NCBI GenBank assembly: GCA_964596735.1
Contig: CAZQVF010000007.1
Location: forward strand, 5,772-69,771
Origin: an uncultured Gammaproteobacteria bacterium
GTDB taxonomy: Bacteria > Patescibacteriota > Patescibacteriia > UBA2591 > UBA6264
DNA length: 64,000 bases
Reading direction: 5' to 3'
The notes under the pieces are model-generated. The model worked only from the letters and a program-made list of their open reading frames with translations. It had not been told where the DNA came from and searched no databases. Below are positions 10,416 through 24,184 of the stretch, piece by piece (position 1 is the first letter of the stretch; each line of letters starts with the position of its first letter). The position numbers and the translations under genes were made by a program.

Positions 10416-10487
10416 AAGGAGGTTTTTTAGAATTAATCAGCGGGTCAAAGATCCGCTGATATTCTTTTTAAATTAGTCTAAACAAGA

Positions 10488-12011
10488 TTAATACATTTTA
10501 GTTAAATCAATTCCAGTGTAGTAGTATTTTAAAATTTGTGAGTAATTTGCTCCTTGATTGGCCGCTGTGATTCCCCCCATTTGAGCAAGCCCCACGCCAT
10601 GGCCCTTAAGTGTTTTTCCTTCACCCTGAGGGTCATTTTTTGCCTGTAGATAATCAACCGGAGCTTTGGTCATATTTGCCTGATAAGAAGAACGGGTTTG
10701 TCCATCAGTTTGAGCAAAATAATAAGCAAGAATAGGATCATTTTGATAAGTAGCAACAATTCCTTTTGTTTGAGCAACAGCGGATAATGCATTAGGTCCT
10801 CTTAATTCTTTTTGGTATCCGCGATAAACCTGGTCTGCCTGAGTTGATCTAACAGTGAAAAAGGGCCGACCATCAGGTGTGTTAGTATATTTAGGGGTAA
10901 GGTAGCGGAAAAGAGCATAAGTACGAGCGGCAATAGTTTGAGCCTTTAAAAATTCCATAGGTGAAGAATCTCCTACCTCAGAAATGCCTTTCATATACTC
11001 CTCCAGGGGTAATTGATTAATCAACCAAAGGCGTTTAGTATTAGGATTATAGTGAATTTTTAAAGCATCCCTGAATTCATTGTCATTAACATTTTTTCCC
11101 CAAAAGGGACCGTTCTCCCAGGAATGGATTTTAAAAATTGTTGAATCATCTCCCTGAAGTTTGAAATAAGAATCAGACATTAAAATTCGTGTTCCCTGAG
11201 AATCATTAATAAAATAACGATTAAGTTCATAATTATAATCTACTTCAGTTGTTTCACCAGCAGTATTACGAACTAGGAGTTTATTATTTTGATCATAAAT
11301 ATTATAGAGTTTATTGTCTAAGGTAGAAATTTGAAAAGGTAGATAATCTAGTTTTTCAGGTTCTTCAACATAAAGAAGTCCTATTTCAATTTCTGGTCCC
11401 TCTGAAAGGTCTGTCCAGCGAAAATCATTAATAATATTTATCTCTGAAGACACATCTTGCCACCAGGTTTCAGTTGGTTCAGATGGAGGAGTGGGAGTTG
11501 GTTCAGATGGAGGAGTGGGTTCGGGAGTAGGGGGCAAAATAACCTCGGCCCCGACCACTTTAATGGCAAATTCGATTTTTCCACCGGGAATAGGATTTGA
11601 ACCAGCATAGAGTTGAAATTTTTCCCAATAAAGGCCATCTTCATCGGGAGCTGAAAAAGTAAAACGAAATAAAGCCTCTTCGCCTGGAAAAATCATTAAG
11701 ATTGGATTAACACGGTTAGGAATATAGTCATCGTACCAGGTAGAATGAGTTAAACGACTTTTCATTCCAGAAATAGTTCTAAGAACAACTACATTGTTTC
11801 CTACACCCTGCCAAAGAGCATCGCCAGTATTTTTAAATGTAACCCAGAATTCTAGACTCTGGGTTGGTCCGAGTTCTGGGATGGCAGCATGGCTCTGGGC
11901 TAATTTTTCTGCCTGATAATCAGTGTTAGCTAAAGCAGGTGGGGCAATAATAAATAACCCAAGTAGGCATAAATTTAAAATAATATATTTAATATAGGGT
12001 TTTGTTTTCAT
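10488..12011 (-). CDS. Secreted SpoIID/LytB-domain protein with Ig-like N-terminal domain and Pro/Thr linker
   Basis: LEEYMKGISE, LKAQTIAARTYA, DQVYRG, GHGVGLAQMG and ILKYYYTG motifs; signal peptide. Confidence 0.88.
   Translation of the reverse strand: MKTKPYIKYIILNLCLLGLFIIAPPALANTDYQAEKLAQSHAAIPELGPTQSLEFWVTFKNTGDALWQGVGNNVVVLRTISGMKSRLTHSTWYDDYIPNRVNPILMIFPGEEALFRFTFSAPDEDGLYWEKFQLYAGSNPIPGGKIEFAIKVVGAEVILPPTPEPTPPSEPTPTPPSEPTETWWQDVSSEINIINDFRWTDLSEGPEIEIGLLYVEEPEKLDYLPFQISTLDNKLYNIYDQNNKLLVRNTAGETTEVDYNYELNRYFINDSQGTRILMSDSYFKLQGDDSTIFKIHSWENGPFWGKNVNDNEFRDALKIHYNPNTKRLWLINQLPLEEYMKGISEVGDSSPMEFLKAQTIAARTYALFRYLTPKYTNTPDGRPFFTVRSTQADQVYRGYQKELRGPNALSAVAQTKGIVATYQNDPILAYYFAQTDGQTRSSYQANMTKAPVDYLQAKNDPQGEGKTLKGHGVGLAQMGGITAANQGANYSQILKYYYTGIDLTKMY
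11472..11519. repeat. 24-bp tandem duplication encoding the PTPPSEPT linker
   Basis: AGTTGGTTCAGATGGAGGAGTGGG x2. Confidence 0.9.
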
Positions 12012-12091
12012 GTATTTTAGTTTAACTAAGAATAAAACAACGTCAAGTTTTTAATCTTGCTGATCTATGTTTTTCTTGATATGATTAAGCT

Positions 12092-13534
12092 ATGACGTTA
12101 ACAAAAAAGGTTGCCCACAATTTTATTTTGCAAATTATTGGTCGAATTTTAGCTTTAATCTTGGGTCTTTTTGTTATTAGTTTAATGATGAGATATTTAG
12201 GCCCAAGAAATTATGGTTATTATTCAACAGCATTTGCCTTTTTGCAGGTTTTTGGAATTATTGCTGACTTTGGACTTTATTTAATTATTTTACAATATTT
12301 AGGGGAAACAGACCTCTTAAAAGGGGCAGAAAAAGAAAAAAGGGTCAGATATATAATGGGAAATATTTTTACTTTACGATTTTTTTCTGCTTTATTTTTT
12401 TACGGCGGAGCTTTTGCCCTTTGTTGGATCTTTCCTTATCCGAAGATAGTTAAACTTGGAGTAGGAATTTTATCAGGGTCTCTTTTCTTTTGTACCTTAA
12501 TTCAGGCTTTGTCTGCTTTTTATCAAAAGACATTGCGCACAGAAAAAATTTTCGTTGCTGAGGTTCTAGGGAAAATTATCACCCTAGTTTTAATGGTTTT
12601 GTTTGTTAAATACAATTTTAGTTTTTATTCAGTTTTAAGTGTTTTTGTTTTGGGGCATTTAGCTAATTTTTTGTGGTTATTTTTTGCGGCAAGAAAATGG
12701 ATTCTTTTGAAATTTAGATTTGATTTTATCTTTTGGCGAGAAATTTTAAAAAAATCTTGGCCAGTTGGTTTAGCAATTATTTTTAATGTTTTTTATTTTA
12801 AGGCCGATACTTTAATCTTGTTTTTTTATCACTCGCCAGAACACGTGGGTTTTTATGGTGCATGTTATCGTATTTTAGAAGTTTTAATTACTATTCCTCC
12901 GCTTTTTCTTGGACTTATTCTACCGCGTTTAACCAAAGCTTGGAAAGATAAAGACAAAGTCCATTTAAAGATTTTAATTCAAAAAAGTTTTGACTTTTTA
13001 GTTATGATTTCTCTCCCCATAGTTTTTGCCACCCTAATTTTAGGAGAAAAAATTATGACATTAATTGGTGGTCAAGAATTTAGTTTAGCTGGAAATATTT
13101 TAAAAGTAGTTATTATTGCTTGTGGAATTTTATTCGTGGCCGAATTATTTAAACACATGATGGTGGCAATTGGAAAACAGCGGCAAATACTTCCTTTTTA
13201 TTTAATCACCGCCTTTTTATCTTTAGTTGGCTATTTTATTTTTATCCCTAAATATTCTTATTGGGGAGCAGCCTGGGTGACGGTTTTTAGTGAGCTTTTA
13301 ATGTTTATTTTTGCCTTTTGTTTAGTTTGGCAGACAACTAAGATATTACCTAATTTAAAATTCTTCGTTAAAAGTTTAGGAGCGAGCTTAATTATGTTTT
13401 TGTCTTTGTTCTTTTTAAATGATTTAAATTTATTTTTATTAGTTTTAATTGGTCCAGTAATTTATTTTGTTTTCCTTTATATTTTTAAAGGAATAGACAA
13501 ACAAACAGTTAAAGACATTATTAAATTAAATTAA
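12092..13534 (+). CDS. Wzx-like flippase (polysaccharide biosynthesis membrane protein)
   Basis: About 13 TM helices; RYLGPRNYG, ADFGL, VGFYGACYR and GAAWVT. Confidence 0.88.
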   Translation: MTLTKKVAHNFILQIIGRILALILGLFVISLMMRYLGPRNYGYYSTAFAFLQVFGIIADFGLYLIILQYLGETDLLKGAEKEKRVRYIMGNIFTLRFFSALFFYGGAFALCWIFPYPKIVKLGVGILSGSLFFCTLIQALSAFYQKTLRTEKIFVAEVLGKIITLVLMVLFVKYNFSFYSVLSVFVLGHLANFLWLFFAARKWILLKFRFDFIFWREILKKSWPVGLAIIFNVFYFKADTLILFFYHSPEHVGFYGACYRILEVLITIPPLFLGLILPRLTKAWKDKDKVHLKILIQKSFDFLVMISLPIVFATLILGEKIMTLIGGQEFSLAGNILKVVIIACGILFVAELFKHMMVAIGKQRQILPFYLITAFLSLVGYFIFIPKYSYWGAAWVTVFSELLMFIFAFCLVWQTTKILPNLKFFVKSLGASLIMFLSLFFLNDLNLFLLVLIGPVIYFVFLYIFKGIDKQTVKDIIKLN

Positions 13535-14806
13535 ATGTTATTTGTTTTATTAATTCCTTTTGCTTTTTTAGTTTGGTTTAGGCCCAAATACGCTTTGTGG
13601 CTGACCTTAATTCTTATTCCTACTTATCAAATCAAAGGAATAATTTATAATATTCCAGTGACGCTTTTAGAGTTGATGATCCTGAGTCTATTTTTAATCT
13701 ATGGGTTGAAGAATATAAAAAGGATTAAGGAGCTTATTCAAAACTTAAAAAACTGGCAATGGCCGATTTTAATCTGGTTAATTATAGCCACATTAGCCAT
13801 GTTTATTTCTCCAGATTTAAGGGCTGGGGCAGGAGTTTGGAAGGCTTATTTTATTGAACCAATTTTATTATTAATTGTCTTTCTTGATTTAATTAAAAAC
13901 AAAAAAGATTTGAAATTGATACTTTCAGCCTTTATTTTTTCTGCTCTGACTGTTTCAATTTATGCTCTTTATCAGAAATTTGTTGGGCAAGGTATTTGGA
14001 GTACAGAAGTTTGGGGACAACCTCAGGTTTTGAGAGTTACAAGCTTTTTCCCTCATCCAAATTTTCTAGGTCTTTATTTAGGCCCTTTAATGCTTTTGGG
14101 CCTGGGTTATATATTTTCTTATATTAAAAACAAGAATATAATAATTGGTTGTGCTCTTTTACTTTTTGTTATAACATCCCTGTCTTTAGTTTATGCTCGC
14201 TCTGAAGCGACTATTTTGGCTGTTTTAGTGGGACTATTTTTTCTCGGTTTAATTGTTAAATCAAGCCAAAAATATACCTTAGCCTTTTTATTTATTATTC
14301 TCTTGCTCATTTTTTCTTTTCCTGTTTCTCGAAATTATTTTGTTCAAAAAATCGGCTTACAAGATCTTTCTGGTCAATTACGTTTTAATATTTGGCAAGG
14401 AGCAGTTGAGTTAATTAAAGAAAAACCTGTTTTGGGCGTAGGATTAGATGGTTATGAAAGACTGGCTCCTGATTATCAAAAAAGATTTTATGATCCTCAC
14501 ACAGGTGAGTTAATTTCAGTGGAGACCCACCCTTATCCGCATAATTTATATCTAACGCTTTGGCTAGAGCTAGGATTATTAGGATTGATTGTCTTTACTT
14601 GGATTTTAATTAAGTTTTTTAAACAAGGATTTAAACAATTAGACAAAAAAAATGTTATTATAAGTACATCAATCATGGCGGCGATGATAGTTATTGTTAT
14701 TCATGGTCTAGCTGACACCCCTTATTTTAAAAATGATTTAGCCATATTATTTTGGCTGATTATTGGATTAAATATTGTTAATAAAAAAGTTTTTGATTTA
14801 AAATAA
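13535..14806 (+). CDS. O-antigen ligase/polymerase (Wzy_C) family protein
   Basis: RVTSFFPHPNFLG, R..IWQGA..LIKEKPVLGVG and PHNLYLTLWLELG. Confidence 0.85.
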   Translation: MLFVLLIPFAFLVWFRPKYALWLTLILIPTYQIKGIIYNIPVTLLELMILSLFLIYGLKNIKRIKELIQNLKNWQWPILIWLIIATLAMFISPDLRAGAGVWKAYFIEPILLLIVFLDLIKNKKDLKLILSAFIFSALTVSIYALYQKFVGQGIWSTEVWGQPQVLRVTSFFPHPNFLGLYLGPLMLLGLGYIFSYIKNKNIIIGCALLLFVITSLSLVYARSEATILAVLVGLFFLGLIVKSSQKYTLAFLFIILLLIFSFPVSRNYFVQKIGLQDLSGQLRFNIWQGAVELIKEKPVLGVGLDGYERLAPDYQKRFYDPHTGELISVETHPYPHNLYLTLWLELGLLGLIVFTWILIKFFKQGFKQLDKKNVIISTSIMAAMIVIVIHGLADTPYFKNDLAILFWLIIGLNIVNKKVFDLK

Positions 14807-15669
14807 TGCAATCAAAGTTTGTAAATAATGGGAAAATCAAATTGTATTATGAGATTTGTAAAAAAGAACCAATGATGGTCTTTTTGCATGGAGGAACCTG
14901 TAATCATACAGTTTTTAAATCTTATCGTGATCATTTTCATAAATTGGGCGCTGGGTTTTTAACCTTTGATCAAAGAGGGCATGGTAAATCTTCTTGTCCT
15001 TTGTCCAAATCAGATTACACTTTAGAGGCTTATACGGCTGATCTAGAAAAAATTCTTAAAACAGAGAAAATAGAAAAAATGATTTTGGTTGGTCATTCTT
15101 TAGGAACAATAGTAGCTCAGAATTATACTATTAAATATCCAAATAACGTAGAAGCTTTAATTTTAATTTCTCCTTCTTATAATTTTAAAAAAACATTTGA
15201 GAAAAGTTTTTTAAGAAAAATTTTTTTAGGACTTGATCCCTTGCTCAGACAATTATTAACTAGATATAATCAGGTAAGGGGTTTTACAAATTTTAAACGC
15301 AAGCGACATTATATAGATTTTAGTCAAGAAAAAATCAAGGAAATCAGTGATATAGATTTTCTAAAAAAAGTGTATGGAGAAGATACTTATAAACATGTAC
15401 TGGCTGATCATGCCATGGGTCGAGCAATTATGAAATGGGACATTGAATCAATTGTTTCAAAAATACAAACCCCAACTTTAATAGTTCATGGAGACGCTGA
15501 TAGATTGGTGTCAGTAAAATCAGCTTATAAATTATATGAAATGATCCCCGGAGCAGAAAGGCCAGTGATTATTCCTGGTTTGCGACATGGTCTTGTTTTC
15601 CGATACCCCAAATTAATCATAGATACCATAGAAGAGTTTTTAGTTAAAAAAAATAAACTTTCATTATGA
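14806..15669 (+). CDS. Alpha/beta hydrolase
   Basis: FLHGG, DQRGHGKS, nucleophile GHSLG, HGDAD and C-terminal His. Confidence 0.9.
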   Translation: MQSKFVNNGKIKLYYEICKKEPMMVFLHGGTCNHTVFKSYRDHFHKLGAGFLTFDQRGHGKSSCPLSKSDYTLEAYTADLEKILKTEKIEKMILVGHSLGTIVAQNYTIKYPNNVEALILISPSYNFKKTFEKSFLRKIFLGLDPLLRQLLTRYNQVRGFTNFKRKRHYIDFSQEKIKEISDIDFLKKVYGEDTYKHVLADHAMGRAIMKWDIESIVSKIQTPTLIVHGDADRLVSVKSAYKLYEMIPGAERPVIIPGLRHGLVFRYPKLIIDTIEEFLVKKNKLSL

Positions 15670-16991
15670 AAAAGAAAAAAGTTTTAATCATTGGGGCTGG
15701 CCCAGCAGGTTTATTTGCCGCATTTGCTTTAGTTAAAAAAAACAAATTTGAAATAACAGTTTTTGATCAAGGACCTGGGATGAAAAAAAGGTTAAAAAAT
15801 AAGAATGGAGTAATCGGCCTTGGTGGAGCAGGTCTATTTTCTGATGGTAAATTAAACTTCTCTTTAGATATTGGTACTAATTTAAGAGAGATTATTTCTG
15901 ACAAAGAACATTTATCTTTGGTTAATGAAGTGGAGAGAATTTTTGCTAAATATGGAGACATGGATTTTACCGAGTCAAAAGAAACAAGAGCTAAAAGAGG
16001 TGTTTTAGAAAAAGAAGCGGCCAAAAAAGGTATTAGATTTCTCCCAACTAAAATGGCTCACATCGGCTCAGATTTTTTACCTGAAATTATTAATAAAATA
16101 ATCAATGATTTAGAAAAACAAGGAGTAAAGTTTGTTTCTGAGGTACAAGTAGAGAGTATTAAAAAGAATAAAATTATTACAAGTAAAAAAGAACATACTT
16201 ATGATTATTTAATTCTAGCTCCAGGTCGTGGTGGAGCCCTTTGGCTAGAAACGATAGCCCAGGACATGGGGATAGAATATAAATATAATCCTTTGGACAT
16301 TGGTGTGCGAGTAGAAGTTTCTAGTGAAATTATGGAAGATGTTTGTCAGATTGAATATGATCCTAAGTTTCATATTCGAACACCCACCTATGACGATCAA
16401 ATCAGAACCTTTTGTACTTGTCCTCGCGGCTACATAGCCATAGAAGAACACAGAAATTTTATACTAGTAAATGGTTATAGTAATCGAGGCAGAAAGTCTG
16501 AAAGCACTAATTTTGCTTTTTTAGTAAGAGTAAATTTAACAGAACCATTAGAGAACACTAATTTATACGGTCAAGCTATTGCTCAAGAAATGACAACCAT
16601 TGGCGGAGGAAAACCGATTTTACAAAGACTTGGAGATCTTTGTAATGGACAACGAAGTAGCTGGCTAAGGATAAAAAAAAGTCATCTTAAACCAAGTTTA
16701 GTAAATGTTACTCCGGGCGACATTGCCATGGGTATGCCTTATCGTTTTGTCAAAGATATTCTTGAAGGGTTAAAAATATTAGATAAATTAATTCCCGGAG
16801 TGGCTGACAACGGGACATTACTTTACGCTCCAGAGGTTAAATTTCATGGGTTAAAGGTTTTAATCAATGATTTTTTACAGACTAACATAGAAAATATTTT
16901 TGTCGCTGGCGATGGGGCTGGGCTTTCGCGAGGAATTGTTGGAGCAGCTGCTTCGGGACTTTTAGCGGCTAAGGGTATTTTAGAAAAATAA
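15666..16991 (+). CDS. NAD(P)/FAD-dependent oxidoreductase (uncharacterised FAD dehydrogenase family)
   Basis: IGAGPAG, GGAGLFSDGKL, LYAPEVKF and AGDGAGLSRG. Confidence 0.85.
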   Translation: MKKKKVLIIGAGPAGLFAAFALVKKNKFEITVFDQGPGMKKRLKNKNGVIGLGGAGLFSDGKLNFSLDIGTNLREIISDKEHLSLVNEVERIFAKYGDMDFTESKETRAKRGVLEKEAAKKGIRFLPTKMAHIGSDFLPEIINKIINDLEKQGVKFVSEVQVESIKKNKIITSKKEHTYDYLILAPGRGGALWLETIAQDMGIEYKYNPLDIGVRVEVSSEIMEDVCQIEYDPKFHIRTPTYDDQIRTFCTCPRGYIAIEEHRNFILVNGYSNRGRKSESTNFAFLVRVNLTEPLENTNLYGQAIAQEMTTIGGGKPILQRLGDLCNGQRSSWLRIKKSHLKPSLVNVTPGDIAMGMPYRFVKDILEGLKILDKLIPGVADNGTLLYAPEVKFHGLKVLINDFLQTNIENIFVAGDGAGLSRGIVGAAASGLLAAKGILEK

Positions 16992-17009
16992 AACATATTA
17001 AAATAATTT

Positions 17010-17096
17010 GGAGAGGTGGCTGAGTGGATGAAAGCGCGGCTCTCGAAAAGCCGTAGACCAGCAATGGTCTCGTGGGTTCGAATCCCACCCTCTCCG
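17010..17096 (+). tRNA. tRNA-Ser(CGA)
   Basis: GGAGAGG/CCTCTCC-G; anticodon arm CGGCT-CTCGAAA-AGCCG; long variable arm. Confidence 0.95.
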
Positions 17097-17137
17097 TTTT
17101 CTTAATAAACAGATAAATTATTAATAAAATAAAAATA

Positions 17138-17569
17138 ATGGATCATGTCGCTATTATGAAAAAATCTTGGAAGCTAACTGAAAAGATTTTATTTGGAAAG
17201 AAAAAGATTGAATCAAGATGGTATAAGTCAAAATATTCTCCATGGGGGAAAATTAAAAAAGGTGATATTGTTTATTTTAAAGATTCAGGCGAGCCGGTTT
17301 CAATAAAAGCAAAGGTAGAAAAAGTTATTACTTTTTCTGACTTAACCCCCAAAAAAATAAAACAGATTTTAAATAAATATGCTAAAGATGATGGAATTGA
17401 CAAAAATCAATTGCCCAAGTTTTTTAAACGATTCAAAGATAAAAAGTATTGCCTTTTAATCTTTTTAAAAGACCCAAAAAAGATTAAACCTTTTTATATT
17501 AATAAAACTGGATTCGGCATGATGTCAGCTTGGTTGGTTGTGGAGGATATTAATAAGATTAAGGTATAG
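17138..17569 (+). CDS. ASCH/PUA-like domain protein
   Basis: HVAIM...ILFGKKKIESR...IKKGDIVYFK pattern. Confidence 0.7.
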   Translation: MDHVAIMKKSWKLTEKILFGKKKIESRWYKSKYSPWGKIKKGDIVYFKDSGEPVSIKAKVEKVITFSDLTPKKIKQILNKYAKDDGIDKNQLPKFFKRFKDKKYCLLIFLKDPKKIKPFYINKTGFGMMSAWLVVEDINKIKV

Positions 17570-17592
17570 ATTTTTTCTATATTACCAAATAG

Positions 17593-17630
17593 TTATCCAC
17601 AATTGACAATTAGAGGTTTTCATGTATAAT
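17593..17630 (+). promoter_or_regulatory. DnaA box plus consensus sigma70 promoter for the 23S-5S unit
   Basis: TTATCCACA (17593-17601) abutting TTGACA (17603-17608)-16 bp-TATAAT (17625-17630). Confidence 0.75.
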
Positions 17631-17730
17631 ATAATCACAAGATAAAAACGATGTTAATTATTATGCAAAACAAAAAACATTTAGTTTTTAAAACCGGTGG
17701 TTAGCTTTGGGCACCTCTTTTTAAGGCCAG

Positions 17731-17757
17731 ACAAACCGCTGGTAAGCGGTTTTTTGT
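17731..17757 (+). terminator. Intrinsic terminator inside the rRNA leader (attenuator-like)
   Basis: AAACCGCT-ggta-AGCGGTTT followed by a T tract. Confidence 0.7.
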
Positions 17758-17862
17758 TTTCTAGAGCTCATTTACAATTGAATAGGATAAAAAGCATCTA
17801 AACGAAACAATATATTACTCATATCTATATATTTACTTTAAGGTAAATATGGATTAAGTAGT

Positions 17863-20940
<3,078 letters not shown>

Positions 20941-20996
20941 ACTACTTAATCCATATTTTATATTTTTATCTCTTTTAATTTTTTTGAAGTCAGAAT

Positions 20997-21105
<109 letters not shown>

Positions 21106-21223
21106 ATTCTGCCCTCAAATAATTTTTAGAGAGGTATGATAACTAAGAACAGGCCCTTTTTGAGCCTGTTCTTTAGTTTCTACTAAGCTTTTTTAATTCT
21201 ATTAATTCTGTTAAAATAAGACT

Positions 21224-22516
21224 ATGAGAATTATTGCTGATATTCATAATCATTCCCGATTCTCTCGGGCTTGTTCGCCTCAATTAACTTTACCTAATTT
21301 GGAAAAATGGGGCCGGATTAAAGGGGTTAATTTATTAACCGTTGCTGATTTTACTCATCCGGTTTGGATTAAAGAGTGCGAAGAACAATTAGAGCCAGAA
21401 GGAAATGGATTTTATAAGGTAAAAGGCGGTCAGGGCGATGTTCATTTTATATTTACCACTGAGCTTTCTTTTATTTACAAAAAAGGTGAGAAATGTAGAA
21501 GGGTTCATGAGATGGTTTTAGCCCCTTCAATTGAGGTAGTTAAAAAATTAAACAAAACCCTAGAAAACAGAGGTTTTAATTTAAAATCAGATGGTCGGCC
21601 GATTTTAGGAATATCAGACAGAGATTTTGTAGAATTAGTTAAAAATGTTGATGAAAAAATAGAAGTGATTCCCGCTCATATCTGGACGCCTTGGTTTTCA
21701 GTCTTTGGCTCAAAATCTGGTTTTAATACTATTGAGGAATGTTTTGAAGACATGAGTCAATATATTTTTGCTTTAGAAACTGGTTTAAGTTCTGATCCAC
21801 CTATGAATTGGAGGGTTTCTGTCCTAGACCCATATATTTTGGTTTCTAATTCTGACTCTCATTCATTAAAAAACATCGGAAGAGAAGCAAATGTTTTTGA
21901 AATAGAAAAAAATATATTCTCTTATGATGAATTAATTCGTATTTTAAAACAAAAAGACATAAAAAGATTTCTTTATACTATTGAGTTTTTTCCTGAGGAG
22001 GGCAAATATCATTTTGATGGCCATCGCAGCTGTAATATTGTATTTGATCCTCAAGAGACAATAAAAAACAAAGGACTTTGTCCAAAATGTAAAAAACCTT
22101 TAACTATAGGAGTAAGTTATCGCGTTGAACAATTAGCTGACCGCGATCCAGGATATGTCCCCAAGGATAAGCCCGGATATAAAAGATTAATTGAATTAGA
22201 TAAAATTATTGCCCAAGCTCTTGGGGTAAAAGGGCGAGAATCAAAAGCGGTGATGAGTATTTATTGGCCAATGATTGAAAATTTAGGAAACGAATTATTT
22301 ATTTTAATAGATTGTCCTTTAAAACAAATGAAAGATAAGGGGATTGATGAAAGAATTATTCAGGGAATTGAGAGAGTTAGACAAGAAAAATTATTTATCA
22401 ACCCTGGTCACGACGGGGCCTATGGAGAAATCGGTATTTTTGAAAAACCAGAGAAAGCTAAAAAAGGAATTATTAAAAAGAAAAAAGTCCCTAGAGGACA
22501 GAAAGAATTATTTTAA
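21224..22516 (+). CDS. Endonuclease Q-family PHP-domain protein with zinc ribbon
   Basis: DIHNHSRFSRA, PAHIWTPWFS, ETGLSSD, SNSDSHS, GKYHFDGHRSC and CPKC. Confidence 0.85.
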   Translation: MRIIADIHNHSRFSRACSPQLTLPNLEKWGRIKGVNLLTVADFTHPVWIKECEEQLEPEGNGFYKVKGGQGDVHFIFTTELSFIYKKGEKCRRVHEMVLAPSIEVVKKLNKTLENRGFNLKSDGRPILGISDRDFVELVKNVDEKIEVIPAHIWTPWFSVFGSKSGFNTIEECFEDMSQYIFALETGLSSDPPMNWRVSVLDPYILVSNSDSHSLKNIGREANVFEIEKNIFSYDELIRILKQKDIKRFLYTIEFFPEEGKYHFDGHRSCNIVFDPQETIKNKGLCPKCKKPLTIGVSYRVEQLADRDPGYVPKDKPGYKRLIELDKIIAQALGVKGRESKAVMSIYWPMIENLGNELFILIDCPLKQMKDKGIDERIIQGIERVRQEKLFINPGHDGAYGEIGIFEKPEKAKKGIIKKKKVPRGQKELF

Positions 22517-22576
22517 TTGACATTTATTAGTAAATAGAGTATTATTTTAAAACTAAAAAATTAACTGTTTAAATAC

Positions 22577-23770
22577 ATGAAAAAACTATATCTTGATTAC
22601 GCGGCAACAACGCCGACCGATCCACGGGTTATCAAGGCAATGCTTCCCTATTTCTATAAATTACCAGGCAATGCTTCCAGCTTGCATGAGCCTGGACAAG
22701 TAGCGAAAAGGGCCATGAACCAGGCACGCAAGACAGTTGCCGAGATTATCAAAGCCGAGCCAGAAGAAATTGTTTTTACTTCAGGAGGAAGTGAAGCAGA
22801 TAATTTAGCCATTAAGGGCGTTTTTTATAGCCTAAATCACCCGCGTCCTCATATTATAACTTCTAAAATAGAACATCATGCCGTTTTATACCCTTGTCAA
22901 TTTTTAGAAAAACAAGGAGTAGAAGTGACTTATTTACCAGTTGATAAATACGGCATGGTTAATGTTGTTAGATTACAACAGGCAATTAAAGACGAAACCG
23001 TATTGGTTTCAATTATACACGCCAATAATGAAATAGGGACAATCCAACCAATTAGAGAAATAGGTCAGATTATCAAAGCAGAGAAAGAAAAAAGAAAAAA
23101 GAATAAAAATTCCTTACCTATCTATTTTCATACTGATGCGGTCCAAACCTTTGGTCATATACCAATTAATGTTAATGGTTTAAATGTTGATTTTCTTTCT
23201 GCTTCGGCACATAAGTTTTATGGACCCAAGGGTGTTGGTATGCTGTATGTAAAAAAAGGAATTAAAATTGAGTCATTAATTCATGGAGGAGAACACGAAA
23301 AAGGGAGAAGGGCATCAACTGAGAACATCCCGGGAATTATTGGTTTTGCCAAAGCCGTAGAATTAGCTGACCAAGAAATGGATAAAGAAAGCAAAAGATT
23401 AATTGTTCTAAGAGATTCTTTAATAAAAAAAGTTTTAGATAATATTAAGGGCTCTCATTTAAATGGACATCCAGAAATGAGATTACCTAACAATGTCAAT
23501 ATTAGTATTGAAGGAATTGAAGGAGAGTCGATGTTAATTGAACTAGACGCTTTTGGCATTTATTGTTCTACTGGGTCAGCTTGTTCCTCAGCCGCTCTAG
23601 AACCTTCCCATGTTTTGATGGCCATGCATTTAAGGCCAGAAGTAGCTCACGCTTCTCTGCGTTTTTCATTAGGAAGATGGACAAAGAAAAGTGACTTAGA
23701 TTATGTTTTAAAAAGACTAACCATGACGGTCAATCGTTTAAGGGGAATCTCCCCTTTAAAGGTCAAATAA
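22577..23770 (+). CDS. iscS: Cysteine desulfurase IscS/NifS
   Basis: YLDYAATTP, SAHKFYGPKGVG and STGSACSS. Confidence 0.95.
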   Translation: MKKLYLDYAATTPTDPRVIKAMLPYFYKLPGNASSLHEPGQVAKRAMNQARKTVAEIIKAEPEEIVFTSGGSEADNLAIKGVFYSLNHPRPHIITSKIEHHAVLYPCQFLEKQGVEVTYLPVDKYGMVNVVRLQQAIKDETVLVSIIHANNEIGTIQPIREIGQIIKAEKEKRKKNKNSLPIYFHTDAVQTFGHIPINVNGLNVDFLSASAHKFYGPKGVGMLYVKKGIKIESLIHGGEHEKGRRASTENIPGIIGFAKAVELADQEMDKESKRLIVLRDSLIKKVLDNIKGSHLNGHPEMRLPNNVNISIEGIEGESMLIELDAFGIYCSTGSACSSAALEPSHVLMAMHLRPEVAHASLRFSLGRWTKKSDLDYVLKRLTMTVNRLRGISPLKVK

Positions 23771-23794
23771 TTAATAATATTAATATATATTACT

Positions 23795-24184
23795 ATGGGA
23801 TGTTTTGATGAAAATAGTGAAATAATGGAACATTTTTTTCACCCGCGTAATGTAGGAAAAATGGATGAACCAGATGCTACAGGCAAAATTGGTAATGCCA
23901 TGTGCGGTGATATTATGGAGATTTACTTAAAGGTAAAAGATAATGTAATTGAAGATGTAAAGTTCCAAACTTATGGTTGTGCAGCAGCAATTGCCTCTAC
24001 GTCAGTTTTAACAGAGCTAGTCAAAGGAAAGTCTATTGATGAAGCTTTGAAAATATCTAATAAGAAGATTAGAGAGATATTGGGAGAAATGCCTAAGCAT
24101 AAATATCATTGCACTGTATTAGCCGAACAAGCCTTAAAAGATGCGATTGAAGATTATAAAAAGAAACACAAAGAAAAGAAATAA
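23795..24184 (+). CDS. iscU: Fe-S scaffold IscU/NifU
   Basis: HFFHPRNVG, CGD, GCAAAIAS and KYHC. Confidence 0.92.
   Translation: MGCFDENSEIMEHFFHPRNVGKMDEPDATGKIGNAMCGDIMEIYLKVKDNVIEDVKFQTYGCAAAIASTSVLTELVKGKSIDEALKISNKKIREILGEMPKHKYHCTVLAEQALKDAIEDYKKKHKEKK

Noticed and set aside
17593-17601. Replication origin suggested by DnaA boxes (also 51752-51760)
   Set aside because: Single isolated boxes next to promoters; no cluster and no dnaA/dnaN nearby
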